A stretch of DNA of 64,000 bases from Podarcis liolepis (Eukaryota), in the NCBI GenBank assembly GCA_965112155.1, contig OZ218099.1; one strand, 5' to 3'. Below the pieces are notes generated by a model. It saw only the letters and a list, made by a program, of their open reading frames with translations. It had not been told where the DNA came from and searched no databases. The position numbers and the translations under genes were made by a program. Shown in pieces: positions 24,070 to 38,200 of this stretch. Each line of letters opens with the position of its first letter. Within the stretch, counting starts at the first letter, position 1.

Positions 24070-24700
24070 GAAGGAGCCATAGTTCCCACTAAAACGAGGA
24101 ATAAGTTAAAATCGTGACTCCATACTAGAACCTTAGCAGTCAACTCCATAATAATAAAACAAATGGAGTATGTGCTATATTCACAAAGGGCTAGACCAAC
24201 ATGGTTTAAAGCTAAACCTACTAAATTAATTCATAAATTGTCATTGCAACATAGATTATTTATATAAAAATTCTTTTGTTGCTTTTCTACTAAAAGAATT
24301 CAAAGTGACTTACAATGTAATGGATGATGAGAAAACAGTGGATATTTTATCTGGGTTTTAGTAAAGCATTTCATACAGCACTATACAATATCTTATGGTT
24401 AGAAAGCCAACATAAGATGTCTTGGACAATTAGTACAATCAAATGGATCAAAAACTGGCTATCTAACCGTATTAAGAGAGTAATCGTAACTGGCAGTCCA
24501 TCTAGATGGGGAGAGATTTCCAGTGGGATCCAGGGATCGCAATTCGGTCCCATTTTGTTTTATATCTTTATAAAAGATCTGGAAGACAAAGTAGAGAATA
24601 TGCTAAATAAGTCTTTTGGCTTCTACTAATTAGGGAATGGTGAGCAGAGCTAGAACTAACATAGTAGTTGTAAAATAACTCTAAATACTTCTTTGAAATT
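24070..24700 (+). mobile_element. Ancient CR1/L3 LINE RT remnant overlapping the beta2L exon in antisense
   Basis: ORF 24324-24629 reads YLGFSKAFH...[42 protein letters not shown], i.e. the CR1 motifs DFSKAFD, W..NWL..R.QRV and GVPQGS.LGP.LFNIFINDL. A QHG remnant lies near 24197. Outer boundaries are approximate. Confidence 0.85.
24468..24578 (-). CDS. GABRB2: Cassette exon, 111 nt, orthologue of the mammalian beta2L exon: [37 protein letters not shown]
   Basis: Acceptor tttgtcttccag| and donor ACG|gttaga; phase 0-0, no stop. Aligns with the human 38-aa beta2L insert as I recall it ([38 protein letters not shown]). Confidence 0.9.
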
Positions 24701-26939
24701 GGATGATAGATTTACAGACCATATTCTAAATTAAATGTGAGACAGAAGATAACAGAACACACCGGAGCTTCACAGAAGAAAACAATAGTTGGCTTTGCTA
24801 GTCATGCCTGTGTCAAATATCCAAAATGATTTGAGCTTTTTGGACTCAAATACATCATATATCTCTTAAAAAGCCAAAGACATTGTCACATGGAATGGCA
24901 GAAGAGGAAACGATCTCACATGGGGGTAAATTATAAGAGCTAAGTGGATAGAGAGCTTGATGAAAGTAAAGAGAATAAGGAACAACATGACAGTCAACTG
25001 CAGGAGATTCAGTCAGAAGTAGAGGTGTAAGTGCAATTAAAGCCATTAAAACCAATTGATCTGACAAAACAAGCATTATGGTAGTCTTGACACTATCTTC
25101 CCAGGCTGAATGTGCGGTGTCAGCACTGAACAAATTACACATTTAGAACATAATAGAAAGGGAATTTATGAAAAATCAATGGAAGAGGGGCTTCAATGGA
25201 GCTGAAGCAGCTTTGGATCAAGATTTAATGTGTAAAATATAATATAATTGATCTATGAATGCATGTTTTCTTGGTAAATGGCCGTGAAATCACCATATGG
25301 GCAAACCCTTATGTTTCTTTTGCTAGCAAAACTGAATTAAAGGAAGAATTGAGATGCAGAGTCAAATATATACACACAAAGTTCACATACTTATAGCATG
25401 GATACCCAAAAAGGAGATACTTGGTAAGAACAGAATGTGAATGTGAAACAGAACAAACAGATTTCACAGTATATTTGATTCATGGGCAAACCTTTGAGCC
25501 CTAAACCCCACCCTGGAATGCTAAAAACCTGACAACGGCACTTGGGTAAACATCAAGCAGCTGCATTCAGGACAATAGACAAGAAGCAGAAAGGTGTTAC
25601 CACTAAGCATGTCTGAGGGTTGTCAATTACTAGGACAGGAGCAGCAGGACACATTCTATTAGATTTTGCTTCTGTGCTGGCAATCATTATGTTGAGTAGA
25701 TTGCTTTCTGTTTTTTGTACGGAGCTGGAATGTTAGGGACTGACTGTGGTTATAAAAATTAAATAACAAAAATATTTTGGGAGACACTGTTGAGAGGATC
25801 CACAGCATCAATTCAGATAGGCTTATCTGGAATGGTATTAGGCCAAAACTTGACTGTTTATTCTGTGTCAAGTTAAGGGCTTCTTGTCTGCCTGTGCATT
25901 TGGTCTGCTTTTTTAGCCGTTGTCTTTTAGATTTTAGATTTTATCAGTTTAATGGGTTATAATTTACTTCTGGTATTTTCTTGGTGTTATTATTATACAG
26001 CACCCTGGGATTCATTGGTATGGAAGGTGAATTAGAAACATTAACAATAAAGTAATCAATAAAACCTGATACTGATACCCTTCTTTATAATTTTTAAGAG
26101 CTCGAGAAACACCACTTTGGCATGCACAGTTCTTTTCCTCTCCTATTTGATTTCCTCTTCCTTTTCCTTTGTCTATAGCTTCCATTCCAACCATGGTTAC
26201 ACTTGAAACTGAGATTTGAAACCATAAATCAGGCATTCTAGCTGCAGCCCCATCCTCATGGCTGTTGCCCTATTTGTGATGGCAGTGGGGAAGTCTCCTG
26301 TACTCATGGAGGCTTCTGAACATTTTAAAAACCAACAAAACGAGGGTTCCAAAACATGAAGGAACCTCCACAGATACAGGTCTCCCTGATGCAGACAGCC
26401 ATTGAGGAACATTTAGAGGATGACGATGAGGAGGATGAACAGGCAGAACTAGTATGCTTGTGGACATTGTTCCCTCCTCACACATTGACTTAAGCCCTAT
26501 ACACTAGAGTGCCGTTTACAGTACTGAAAAGAGAAGGGTTGGGAGAATTCAGGCCAGATGGAGAAGACAGATCAGGTGGGCCTGTCAGGATTTAGGGAAA
26601 TTTATACTTGCACCAAGCTACACACAAAGGTTGTTGAAAGAATAAATGAAGCTATGCTGCTGTTGTTTCCAAGAAGGGTTTTCTGAAGAGTGAGAACTGT
26701 GACCTCTTAGAAAATAAGAAATGTTGCAAGTTACCTTTTATGAAACATCAGACAACTGATAGCACCACAAAAACTGGTGCTTTGATTTAAAAAATCACAA
26801 CAGTTTTGTCATGCCCTATGATACACTGGAGGAACACTTGGTTGTATCTAAAATGTTGGTTCATCTCTGGAGATAAAGTTCTGAAACCATTTTCCTTTGG
26901 CACCTGAAACTTCACACTGACTTCCATGGGCTTCTGGAA

Positions 26940-27400
26940 GCAGAGACAAGTAGGCGCCGATGTTAAAAGATCCTCAGTGGCTCCCAGTTTGTTTACAGGC
27001 TCAATTCAAAATACTGGCCTTGGTCATTACAGCCCTAAGCCTGATACCTGTATATTTCAAAGTTCCACCTTCTACAACGGTAACTAAACAATTGGTTCAG
27101 ATCTTCCCTAGAAGCCCTCCTCTGAGTGCCCCTGCAAGAGGCCAATGAAGAGATGGCCTTCTCTGTCACAGCACTCAAATTGTGGAACTGCTGCCCTACA
27201 TATGCTCGTTTCACACTGTCCATGTTTTATTTTGTGTGGTCTGCTCTGTGTTCTTGAAACTTGACATCTCTATTCTCTTTTTATACATCATCTTCTGTTA
27301 TTATTTATTTATGCTTCTATCTTCATTGGATATCTTGTTGTACTATCATTCACCCCAAGTCTAATTTACAAAAGGTAGAAATATATTAAATAAGCAAGTA
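26940..27400 (+). mobile_element. Degenerate L2 LINE 3' fragment
   Basis: LKDPQWLPVCLQAQFKIL resembles L2 LHWLPV..RAQFKVL. Confidence 0.65.
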
Positions 27401-30225
27401 AGGAATATCCATCAGCCACAGTCTAAAAGGAGACAGTCTAGGCACAGAGAAAGGAACCATGTATGGAAATGGAGTTCCCTTCCCTCTTCTTTGGAAAGCT
27501 GATACATATAGAGTATCAATGAGAAAACCTTTGTATAGAGCAAACCTTTGCATGAAAATGTAATATTTGAAATGGCTCTATGTGTGAATGGCTTCCACAT
27601 TTCCCCAAATAAAACTTGAAATTATAATTTTGGCAGCAAATATTTAATATCCAAAAATTAATCATTTTTTGCCAATCGTTTTTATTGATTTTCCAATTTT
27701 AACCCAATTACACAAATTAATTCCAAATTAATACAATTTTGTTTAAGAGGTTTCCCACAATCTATTCTTGATGCTTCTTTATGATCTAATACTACTGCAT
27801 TTCATATTCTTATTTACTTCTACCACAGTCCATATTACAAATTATCACATAGTCAACAGCTGCACTCTTAATGATTTCTATTCATTTTATTATATTATTT
27901 AACTTTCAAAAAACTTCAAGTGAGGAACAACAGATTTTCTTTTCTTTTTCAACCTGCATGCGCCCAAACTTAATTCTTAGCCCACCTTTTATTCATTGGT
28001 TTTCTCTGTAAGCAACCCCCCTTTCAGGCATTTTTGGCATGTTTTATTATTTGAAATGTCGAAAAATATTTAAAAAACAGACATGTACATGCCAATACAG
28101 TTTTGTGTGTGTATGTGTTATATAAACTGTTTTTGAGCACCACTATGAAAAGATAAGGCTACTGTGATGGTTGCTTCCTGTTTTTATGCAGTTTACCTCT
28201 GTTTATTTGCAACTAGAAGTCAAGCAAAATTACCATAGTACCATTATTGTAACAAGCTGCAGGTAGGGAACAGGGAAATGAAGGGTTGTATCCAACAAAG
28301 TACCCCCATTCACAATAATTTCTGCTTGCACAACAGACCTCTCCCTTCTTCTTCTCTCCCTGTGCTCCCCCTTCCCAATCTGCTTGGGAGAGTTGAGGGA
28401 AATCCCAAAACAGATTTGGAAGCATGCACAGGCAGAGAAGAGGGAGGGGACATTCCACTACATGAGGGGAAGTCTTTGCATAAAAGGGAAAAAAAACCCC
28501 AGAAACATACCAAAACGTCTAGCCCAGAACCATGTGAATCCAACAGTTATTAACTCTTTCTCCCTCAGTTTTCACACATTGGAGAAAATACGACATGGAA
28601 TTTGGATTTCTTTAAAAAAACAAACATAAATACACGATTTCCTATGAAATATTTCAAGTTTTACATCTATGCAATTTTACAAATAAATCCATGTCATAGT
28701 TGCTGAAATGATGCTTTTGCTGACATTATAAAAATATAAGTATACTTATATTGATTCTGTATTCTCTGTCAAGTTTATACCCCCTTTTGGTTCTGTTACA
28801 GAGTATCACACAGCTTTCAAGCACGTCGTAGTTTAGCCATCATTTTGGATTGTTCCTCTGAGGAACAGCTGGAAAACTCATGAATTTTTTAAAGTCTTCA
28901 AACCTTCTGCCTGACAGATGACAGCAAAGCCTATAGTGAATACAATCCATCTTGTAAATCAAGCTTCAGAAAGAGGAAAATGCCACTAAGTGACAGTGTA
29001 TCTAAAGCCCAAGGCATTCAAGGGCTTTCTAGATGATTTTGGGGTTGTTGTTTTTTGCATAATAAATAAGTGTACAGCTGTGACAATTGGTTGCTCAGGA
29101 TCCAGGCATCTATGGATCTTCTTCCAATGTAGGAATATTGCATTTTTTTACCACTGCACAGCACCATGTTAAATGGGAAAAAGTTATTTTCTTCAGCTGC
29201 TACACTCTTGTGTTAGACTTTTAACAAGCTAGAGAATTCATGCTATGTAAAATCATGGGGGGGGGGGTCTGTTTAGAAGAATGATCAGCGACACTTTCTA
29301 TAAAGAATTTGCAACACCAATTCCTATAAGCTTGTGACACTTTTGATGTGTTTAATGCTTTTAGTAGTGCTGTGCATCTTATTAGACAGTTTTACTATTA
29401 AAATGCCAATTTATTGTGACATTTATTGAATGTTTATTGCTATTGTATTTTACTGTCAACCGCCCACTTTACAAAACAACAGCAGCAAATAAATATTTGC
29501 TGGGGTTGAGGGTGGGACACAAGCACATCAAAATTTGAAAATAGAAAAAAGCTAATGCTAACAAAGTTGTCTATACATTAATGCCCCCACCATCTCATGA
29601 AACTTTCACATTGCTTTGATTATTTTTTAAAAAGCCATCACAGCCATGCACTATTTCTTTCTTTTGGGTGGATATAAAATCTTTTGTAAAGATCCACTAA
29701 TGGATGTGGAGAAGTCTATTTTTGCTGATTTCCCTTCTCTTCTTCAGCCCCTAGAAAATATGCTCAGTGGCTGTTTGGAAAGTGTCATGGGCAAAAACTG
29801 CCCCTTCTGTGAGGAAAGGCCTTCTCTAGATCAAATACTCTTCTATAAAAGCACTTTTTCAGTTTGTGTGTTTATGTCCAGAGCACAGACACACAAATTT
29901 ATTTTTTCCATGGCATATGAACTATCTTATCTCTTCCACAATGCTACATCTTCATCCATTATTAGAAGTATCATATTATGAACATTGGCCTGGGGTTAGT
30001 TCAAGCTTATTTAATAAGACTATAAGGTGTTTTGTTTTGTTTTGCTTTGTTTTGCTTTGCTTTGCTTAGTTTTTTTTAAAATCATCTGGAAAGGCTGTAT
30101 AGTGAAAGCCAAGACGGCCCATAAAATTCCTACTGGACTTGTGCAGCAGAAGAATCAAATGTAAAAAAAAGCTCTGTTTGGAAGAAAATGAATTGTCTAA
30201 TGCTGTAACTGTAAGAGGCTAATCA

Positions 30226-30501
<276 letters not shown>

Positions 30502-30508
30502 TCAAAAA

Positions 30509-30682
30509 NNNNNNNNNNNNNNNNNNNNNNNNNNNNNNNNNNNNNNNNNNNNNNNNNNNNNNNNNNNNNNNNNNNNNNNNNNNNNNNNNNNNNNNNNNNN
30601 NNNNNNNNNNNNNNNNNNNNNNNNNNNNNNNNNNNNNNNNNNNNNNNNNNNNNNNNNNNNNNNNNNNNNNNNNNNNNNNNNN
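30509..30682. other. Assembly gap, 174 N
   Basis: Run of N. Confidence 1.
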
Positions 30683-31155
30683 AGCTGGAGTTCACTCTAG
30701 AGTAGCACTAGAAGAAATATTTTCCATACTAGCTTCTTTTTGGTTTTTGGGTAGTGATGCTTATTACAGTAATGAACAAAAAAACCATTAAATGCTACGA
30801 ATTCTCAAAGTCAACACCATGGAAATCTTTCCACTTGTGTATTGCACAGGTTATAAAGTGCACCTTTTTCTTCAGTGTGCTGGTTTTACTTAATATTTTT
30901 TGTACATGTTGCCTTCTGGTTTGAATTCTCAGAAAAATCTTGCTTGAAGACCTTGTGCAATATACATTAGCTTGAATCGAGGGAACAGTAGAGAATGCAT
31001 TCAACCTTCCTTTAGGTAATGTTTCTTCTTAAGAGCTATGGAAACTTGAAGAGGCTTAAGTTTAAATTTGCATTAGAGTTGGATCCTTAGCTGGAATGCA
31101 AGGTTCAGCAAACTCAAAAGGCTTGCTAATGTAAACTAATTTTAAAAGACCAGCT

Positions 31156-31311
31156 NNNNNNNNNNNNNNNNNNNNNNNNNNNNNNNNNNNNNNNNNNNNN
31201 NNNNNNNNNNNNNNNNNNNNNNNNNNNNNNNNNNNNNNNNNNNNNNNNNNNNNNNNNNNNNNNNNNNNNNNNNNNNNNNNNNNNNNNNNNNNNNNNNNNN
31301 NNNNNNNNNNN
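31156..31311. other. Assembly gap, 156 N
   Basis: Run of N. Confidence 1.
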
Positions 31312-33258
31312 CTGGGTTTCTCCAGCCACTCTGGGCGGCTTCCAACCAAATATTAAAAACAAAGCAACATTTGTTGTAGCTGCTCATTTATTGATTTACT
31401 GCGCCAGGAGGTTAAAAAGAATTGTTTGCATTATTAGTTTTGTAGGAATGGCAACACAAAAACTCTTTCAATCTCTGATTTGTGTATAACTGTTGGGTGA
31501 ATGAATCACAAGTTGAAAGAAAGTAAACAAACCATGACAAAGCCAGTGTCTCATGAGCTGTTCCTATTCTGCCTTGGGACACAATCTAGAGTCATCATTC
31601 ACAGACCCACATAAAAGCAAAGTGACTTGTCAATTTTTCTGTCAGGGACAAGAGGGTTTGAACTAGGAATTGTGGGGTCTAGGTTTGGGACCTAAGCTGA
31701 ACTGTAGACTGTGCATGTTCTCAGGCTTCAGAGCTTTCTTCAGGCACAAAAGGACTCTGCGACATCAAGTCGTGTGACTTGTGAAGCCTGATACAAATCC
31801 TAGAAGCAATGCCTTTTACTGCTGTATGGTCAGAGATGTAGAACCTATTTGCTACTCTTCAAGTCCAGACCTGGGGTTGGGTGCAGTTGCACTCAGCTCT
31901 GGACGGCCTTGGCAAATGTCAAGACAAGTCAACAAGGGCATGTGACTGAAGGCAGTGGAATTCCTTGTCTGCATTGCCTGGAGTTTTTACCCCAATGTAG
32001 CCAGAGGCAATACTACAGTGTAAATAAGTCCATGGTAACAGGTATTATCAGGATTCAGCCCGGTAAACTATTTTACTTGTGGGATTTGAAATGCTCATTA
32101 AGAGAAGAAGCCATACTCCTGCAAAGTAGAATCCTATTTCAACCTTACCCAAATTTTACCTAAGAAGACAATACTACATGTTGAGATAGGAGTGTAGTAA
32201 AAGATACAAAGTGGCACCATTGGTTCATTAGCTCAGTACTTCTCTATAATGATGGGCATAGAGGCTTTCCAGAGTTCAGGCAGGATCTTTCCCAGCCCTG
32301 TGAAACAAGAACCTAGAGACTGAACTTGGGGTCTTCTGCATGCAAAATATGATTTCTGTCCAGCTTTGAACCCTCCCCAGAGTCTGAGGAATTACCAGCA
32401 AGGTAAGAATATTTTGTAATTTTTAGATTAAATATAATGCAAGAAAAGTAGCTAAGGTTGCAAAACTCTATGGTCCCTGAAAAGGTGACCTAAGCCATAT
32501 GGTCTTTTGGATCTCCCTGAAAAGAGAGGTCTGCTCTCTCAGGGTAAGATCTAGATTTATAAGCCTCTCTGTGAGACAATGGAGATGGGGTGGAAAAACC
32601 TGTGCCCCACTCTTTCCACATGAATTGGCAGGGCATAGGTTCTTCTAATTTTATTTCTCCTCACTTCCCACCTCATATAGGTTTGCTCCATTAAGTAAAC
32701 AGTGGATTGCAATAAATTGCAATGATTTTAAGCTAATTCAGAGAAGAAATTGTTTTAGCTGGGCTATGATGACTCAAATTCTGAATCTTAGATGTAAATT
32801 TAATAGGTAGTAGCACACAACAATGCTGAACACAGCACAAAACATCACACAATCTGGCTGAGCTGAAGCACTTGTATTTACTTTGATTTACTCACTTTAA
32901 AATTATCTCTAAATATTTCATCCAAACTGGTTCAAAAGAAAGCTTTTCAGTGCTTAAATATATGTAAACCTGACCAGCCTCCAAAATTAGTACAGGAAGC
33001 ACATTCAATGGGCAAGAGCCAAAGTAACATTAGTGCAAGAAGAGCTGCTGCAGCACAGGTGAGCTTTGTTGTGTGATGGATATCACAAGGGGAAGTAGCG
33101 TAATAGCACAAAAAGTAAATGATAGAGTTAAGCTGTGCAACAATTCCACCATTCTAAGTCACCCATTGGATTTGGCTTATGTTAGGAATGGAGCTTCTGT
33201 TATGGGTGGCTGGCACAACAGGATAGCACTCTATATATGCTGAGCAAAAAGTGCTTAC

Positions 33259-33411
33259 CTAAAGCCACTCTGGCAGCTGAAGCATCATAATTGATCCAGA
33301 ATGAAACCCAAGAGAGAATAGTGATCAGAATGGAAGGCATATAGGTCTGAAGTATGAAGTAGCCAATATTTCTCTTGAGTTTGAAACTGAGCGACAGCCT
33401 TGGATAGGAAC
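33259..33411 (-). CDS. GABRB2: GABRB2 coding exon, 153 nt, loop C and M1: (G)[50 protein letters not shown](G)
   Basis: Translated by hand. Acceptor ctgttctag| and donor |gtaagc. Phase 1-1. Confidence 0.96.
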
Positions 33412-35054
33412 CTAGAACAGAATTTATGTTTAGAAGGTCAAGTTTAAGTTCTGTAGCCCTGCAAACACATTGTTAACGTTTACAACCCGCAGACTTTTAT
33501 TGTAATTCAACACCCATAAGGCAAAAATAAAATTTATTATTAAACAAACAAAATGTCAGTTTCTTTAATCTGTGCCTAAACAAAGATGTCAAAGGTTCAC
33601 TGCTCCTTTGCTAACAGGTGTGTATACACCAAAACCATTAAGCTTTGCAGAAGCTCAGCACCCAATACTGCCTTTTGACCTTCTCTACCTTGCTATGGTC
33701 ACTTTGAAATCACCTGAAGTGCTAGGCTCAGAAACTGGTTCATATACTCATAGCCACAAAAGTCAGGTAAGCAGAGTTGTATTCATACTGTACTAGCTGT
33801 CATATCAATCAAACATAACAAGTTGTCATGTTGGGTATTTATGGCATGATTTTGCTCCTCCATCATTATCTTCCTGGCAGGTGATGCCAGAACATGTAAA
33901 AACTCAAAATAGCCCCTGTGTAACCAAATAAGCGAACAGTGGAATAGACCGGGCTGGGAAAAGGGAAATGAAAGGGGATGAGAAGTAAAAACACCAGAAA
34001 CAGAGCAATATTTAAAACCGTTTAGGCTCCGAGGTTTGTTTAGGCCTCCCACACAAACCTCCTGTGTGAGGAGCAAAATTCTGATCCTTATACTTTCAAA
34101 CCACTGATCTCTGCTCCCAAGAAAAATCAAACTGGGACAACTGTTCTGCCCAAATCCATGAAATGCAAAAGTGGTATTTGCAATCAGACTTGATTAGCAG
34201 TCCGGACAGTTACATCCTGTTCTCTTGAGGGTTGCTTGTTAGTTAACCCCCCCCAAAAAAAACACCCAGCCCCACTGAACTAGGATTGGAAGTCTGTGTA
34301 GCAGAATCAGGAGTTGCACACCCTGTTTCACTATCTGAGGAATGTACTGCCCCCACCGAAGCCTCGCTTATCGGGCTTGCACAACAGCTTCCAACATCTC
34401 CAGCAACGAGAGTTGCATGAGATCTTGCTGGAAGCTGTGACTGCTTCTCCTCACTTCCATAGTGGTGGTGGCAAGGGCACCACCCCATGGGATTCCACCA
34501 TCCAAGGCAGCTGCCTCAGTCCGCCTCATGGGCAGGTTGGCCCTGAAAAAAAGGGGGGGGGGTTAGTATCAAATTATGATTCCATATGGTGCCATCAGGC
34601 ATAAGAAAAGGGCATCCATATATTTTAATAATGAAAGTGTATGGGAAAAGTAGCTTGCTTTTTTATCAGCTTTGAGAGTGGCTGCAGAAAATAGAAAATA
34701 GTTTATTCGTTCAGGTCGATTAAGGTTGATACCCTTTTAAAACAACGACAACCCACATTGGCTGAATACAAAAGTATTTATTATATGTACACCACAGTCC
34801 TATATATGTTTGTTTATGTACTGTGTTCAATGGGACTAACTTCTAGGCAAGCATGCATAGGACAGCAGGTTTGGTGCACCTGACACGGCACAGTTATTTT
34901 AATGAAGAATAAATTGTATTGGTTTGCCTGTTCAGTGCTCATTTGTTTATTCTTTATACGATCCATGCAGTTAGTCATTATGTACTATCCAAAACAACTG
35001 ATGAGAAGCTTTTCAGCAAGCAGATAGATACATTTCCTTTGTGGCACCCCTTCA

Positions 35055-35273
<219 letters not shown>

Positions 35274-38200
35274 TCATTTTACTTCGGTTTATTCTTATTC
35301 GAGATAAATATTTACAAAGTTCAAATACACTGAGAACTTCTGCTATGCATACTCTGTACATCTCAACTGGCCTTGATTTAATCTGGGACAAGTGAAACAG
35401 AAGCCACTTAGGAACAGGAATCAGAAAGAGCTTGGTAAGAATAGAGAAAGGGACTTTTTTGTTATGGTACCTTGAGAGCAGCTAGAAGACTGTCTACCCT
35501 CACCCCATTCCACCTCACACTTTTGTTGTTTTCACTTGATATATTGTTTTGTTGTTTTAAAAACTTATGAAGGAGTGGGAAAATGGGTTAAAAATCCTGA
35601 GGCAAATAAATAAGAGAAATAACTACTAGCTTATAGCCTAAACTGATGAGCCTAGCTAGTAGCTGACAGATTCAGATTTTTGACAGAGGAATCCAGAAGT
35701 ACCAGGTGAAAGACAGATTTAACAAAAATGAAATCTGCATTTCTATTTTGCGCTAATTTAATCCTCTTATACCCAGTTTGTACAACCATAGCAGCTGTTT
35801 AGAGCTTTGATTATTATATACATATCTAATAATCATCTACTTTTTTAAAAAAAAACACTCTTAAAAGTTAAAACTCCTTTTTTCAAACACGTATCACATT
35901 TCTTTCAATGTGCTTAGAAAGAATGTCAGGGAGTAATCATGGAAAGTGAGGAAGATTTACGGCAGGGCTGTTGGGCTGCAAATGAGATATTTCTTCTCAT
36001 TCCTCCGAGGCTGCACTTGCTTCTTCAAGTCTGCCTTTCCAGTACTTACAGCATGTGCTAAACAGACTTTTCTGAGTCAGAGCTCATGACTGCTGGGTGT
36101 GTGGTGACCAGGAACACCGCACCAGCTCAACGATCATGCTAAACTGCCTCTCACCATTACTGGACTGCATCCCCCTGCAGGCAAAGTGCCTGAATGGAAA
36201 AGGAATGTCACTTGTGCAGCTTGTTGATGACACCAGCAAAGAAACTGGGGGACTGATGCAGGAAATGACAAACGGCAATTGAGAGAAAAATCAAAGGCTC
36301 TGCAAAGGAGTATCAACATGATCCTCCAGTTTTAGATATACAGATCTGACTCCGATTCCTCTTATCTGATTCATGAGTTCTGTAGCCTGCAGACCCAACA
36401 GGGGTCTATTTAGCTATTTAGGGATGCTATTTAGCTAAAAATGAAGAATTTAAATTAGTTATGCTCAAGTGCAGTTTAGGTTCCACCGCAATCCAATGAA
36501 TATACTTTGGGAAATAATCAAAGACATATTGATTTCCTAGAAATAGACTCTTGTGATTCGTAGTAAGCAAGCAAATAAAACAGACTAGAAACAGAGCCCC
36601 CCTTTCTTTCCCCCACTGCACTCCCAAAATCTGCCCTGATGGGTCCACCAACCCCACCCCCCATAGAGTTTGAAAGTGTGTGGGGAGATGCAGGGTAGAG
36701 GAGGGCAGGGGGAGGAAATGAAGGTGAATTCTTGTGTGAGTGGAATCTCGCACACAGATAGCTTTGGATACAGTGCTAATAACTATTTACAGGCACTTCT
36801 GAGCCATTTACAGCACAATCCTATCCATGTCTGCTCAGAGGTAAACCCCACTGAATCCAGTAAACTTAATCTCTGGTGAATGGGTAGAGAACTGCAGCCT
36901 TAATTGCTTTTACTTCCCTCATTGCTATCACAGACTTAATTCTATACTGAAGCCTGAGAAATATTTCATACTTCAAAAATTTATGTTTTCATGCTCTTAT
37001 GCAGCTATTAGCATCTCTGGAAACATTTTTCATTTTTTTTAAAAGAAGAAGTTATTTTGGTAGCATGAAAAATGGAGCTTAAATCAGGGGCAAACATGAT
37101 GATGTCCTTGAACTTTATTTCCACTATTGTTCCTTGTTGCCTGCAGCATTCACTCTTTGCTTTCGCTGGAAAAAGCGGACACCAACATGCTGTTTCCTAC
37201 TGAGTTAACCATATGATTGCTTCTCAAAGGCAGCTGGAAGCACTGATTAGTGACATCATCCTTTCATTCTGTTTCCATCAAAGGTGAGCACAGACCACAT
37301 GTATAATATTTCTTTATGCTTCCTGTTTAAAATCTCCAAACAATTTTTGTTTGCATCCTGCAGAGCTTTTTGACTATATCTCTAATATATATTTGTGTAA
37401 CCTTGTTATCATGGTGCAATCTACGTGGCTGACCACAGATGGCACACTACAGTAGAATGACAATTATGAGAACATGACAGTAAAGACTGGAAGATGGGGC
37501 AAGTCTAAGCCTGGGGCGGAGGAGGTAGTGAGGGCAGAGGAAGAAAGGTGACCCGTTGAGGAGGCAGAGGTGATGTGTGAGGCAGAGCACAAGAAGAAGG
37601 AAGAAGGACTGGGGGGGGGGGGCGGCGGCTTCAAAACACACCACAGGCATCAACATGCTGCTAAAAGGAAGGTGACAAGAAGGTGCATTGAAATTCCAAC
37701 TTCAAGAGTTCAAAGCATGATGTCAGTTGTTGAATTTGAACTGCAAGGCAGATCCTGATAAGGATCCAGCCCGCAGAACCAAAACAGTGCCGCACGTCTG
37801 GCATAAGGTGGGGAGGAGGGCAGTGGGAGAGGTGCAAGTGGGAGCAGGGGGGTTTGCAGGGGGAGAAAGCATGGGCACAGGTCCTGCAAGTTATAGAAGA
37901 ACATACAGAAAAAATGCATCAAATACAAATATAATCCTAAATACATTTATACAGAATCTAGCTTCACTGATATCGGTGAAAATGGTTTCAATCTGAGGAA
38001 ATGTTTGACTGAAGATTGAGTTGGAAATTCAATGTCCAACTTCTTTTATTAGGCCATACATAAACACATGCACACAACCACAGTGGTTTTATCAAGGCAT
38101 CAGTTCTCTCTTATCGATAATGAACTGGATTTCCCCATTGCCACCCAACAGAGGTCTGAATAAGAACTGTTTTAATACGCAGGCTGCAGAATTTTCATCT

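Noticed and set aside
24324-24629. + strand 101-aa ORF as a functional reverse transcriptase or antisense gene
   Set aside because: The motif A Asp is replaced by Gly, the FADD motif is destroyed and the flanks are frameshifted. It is a fossil.
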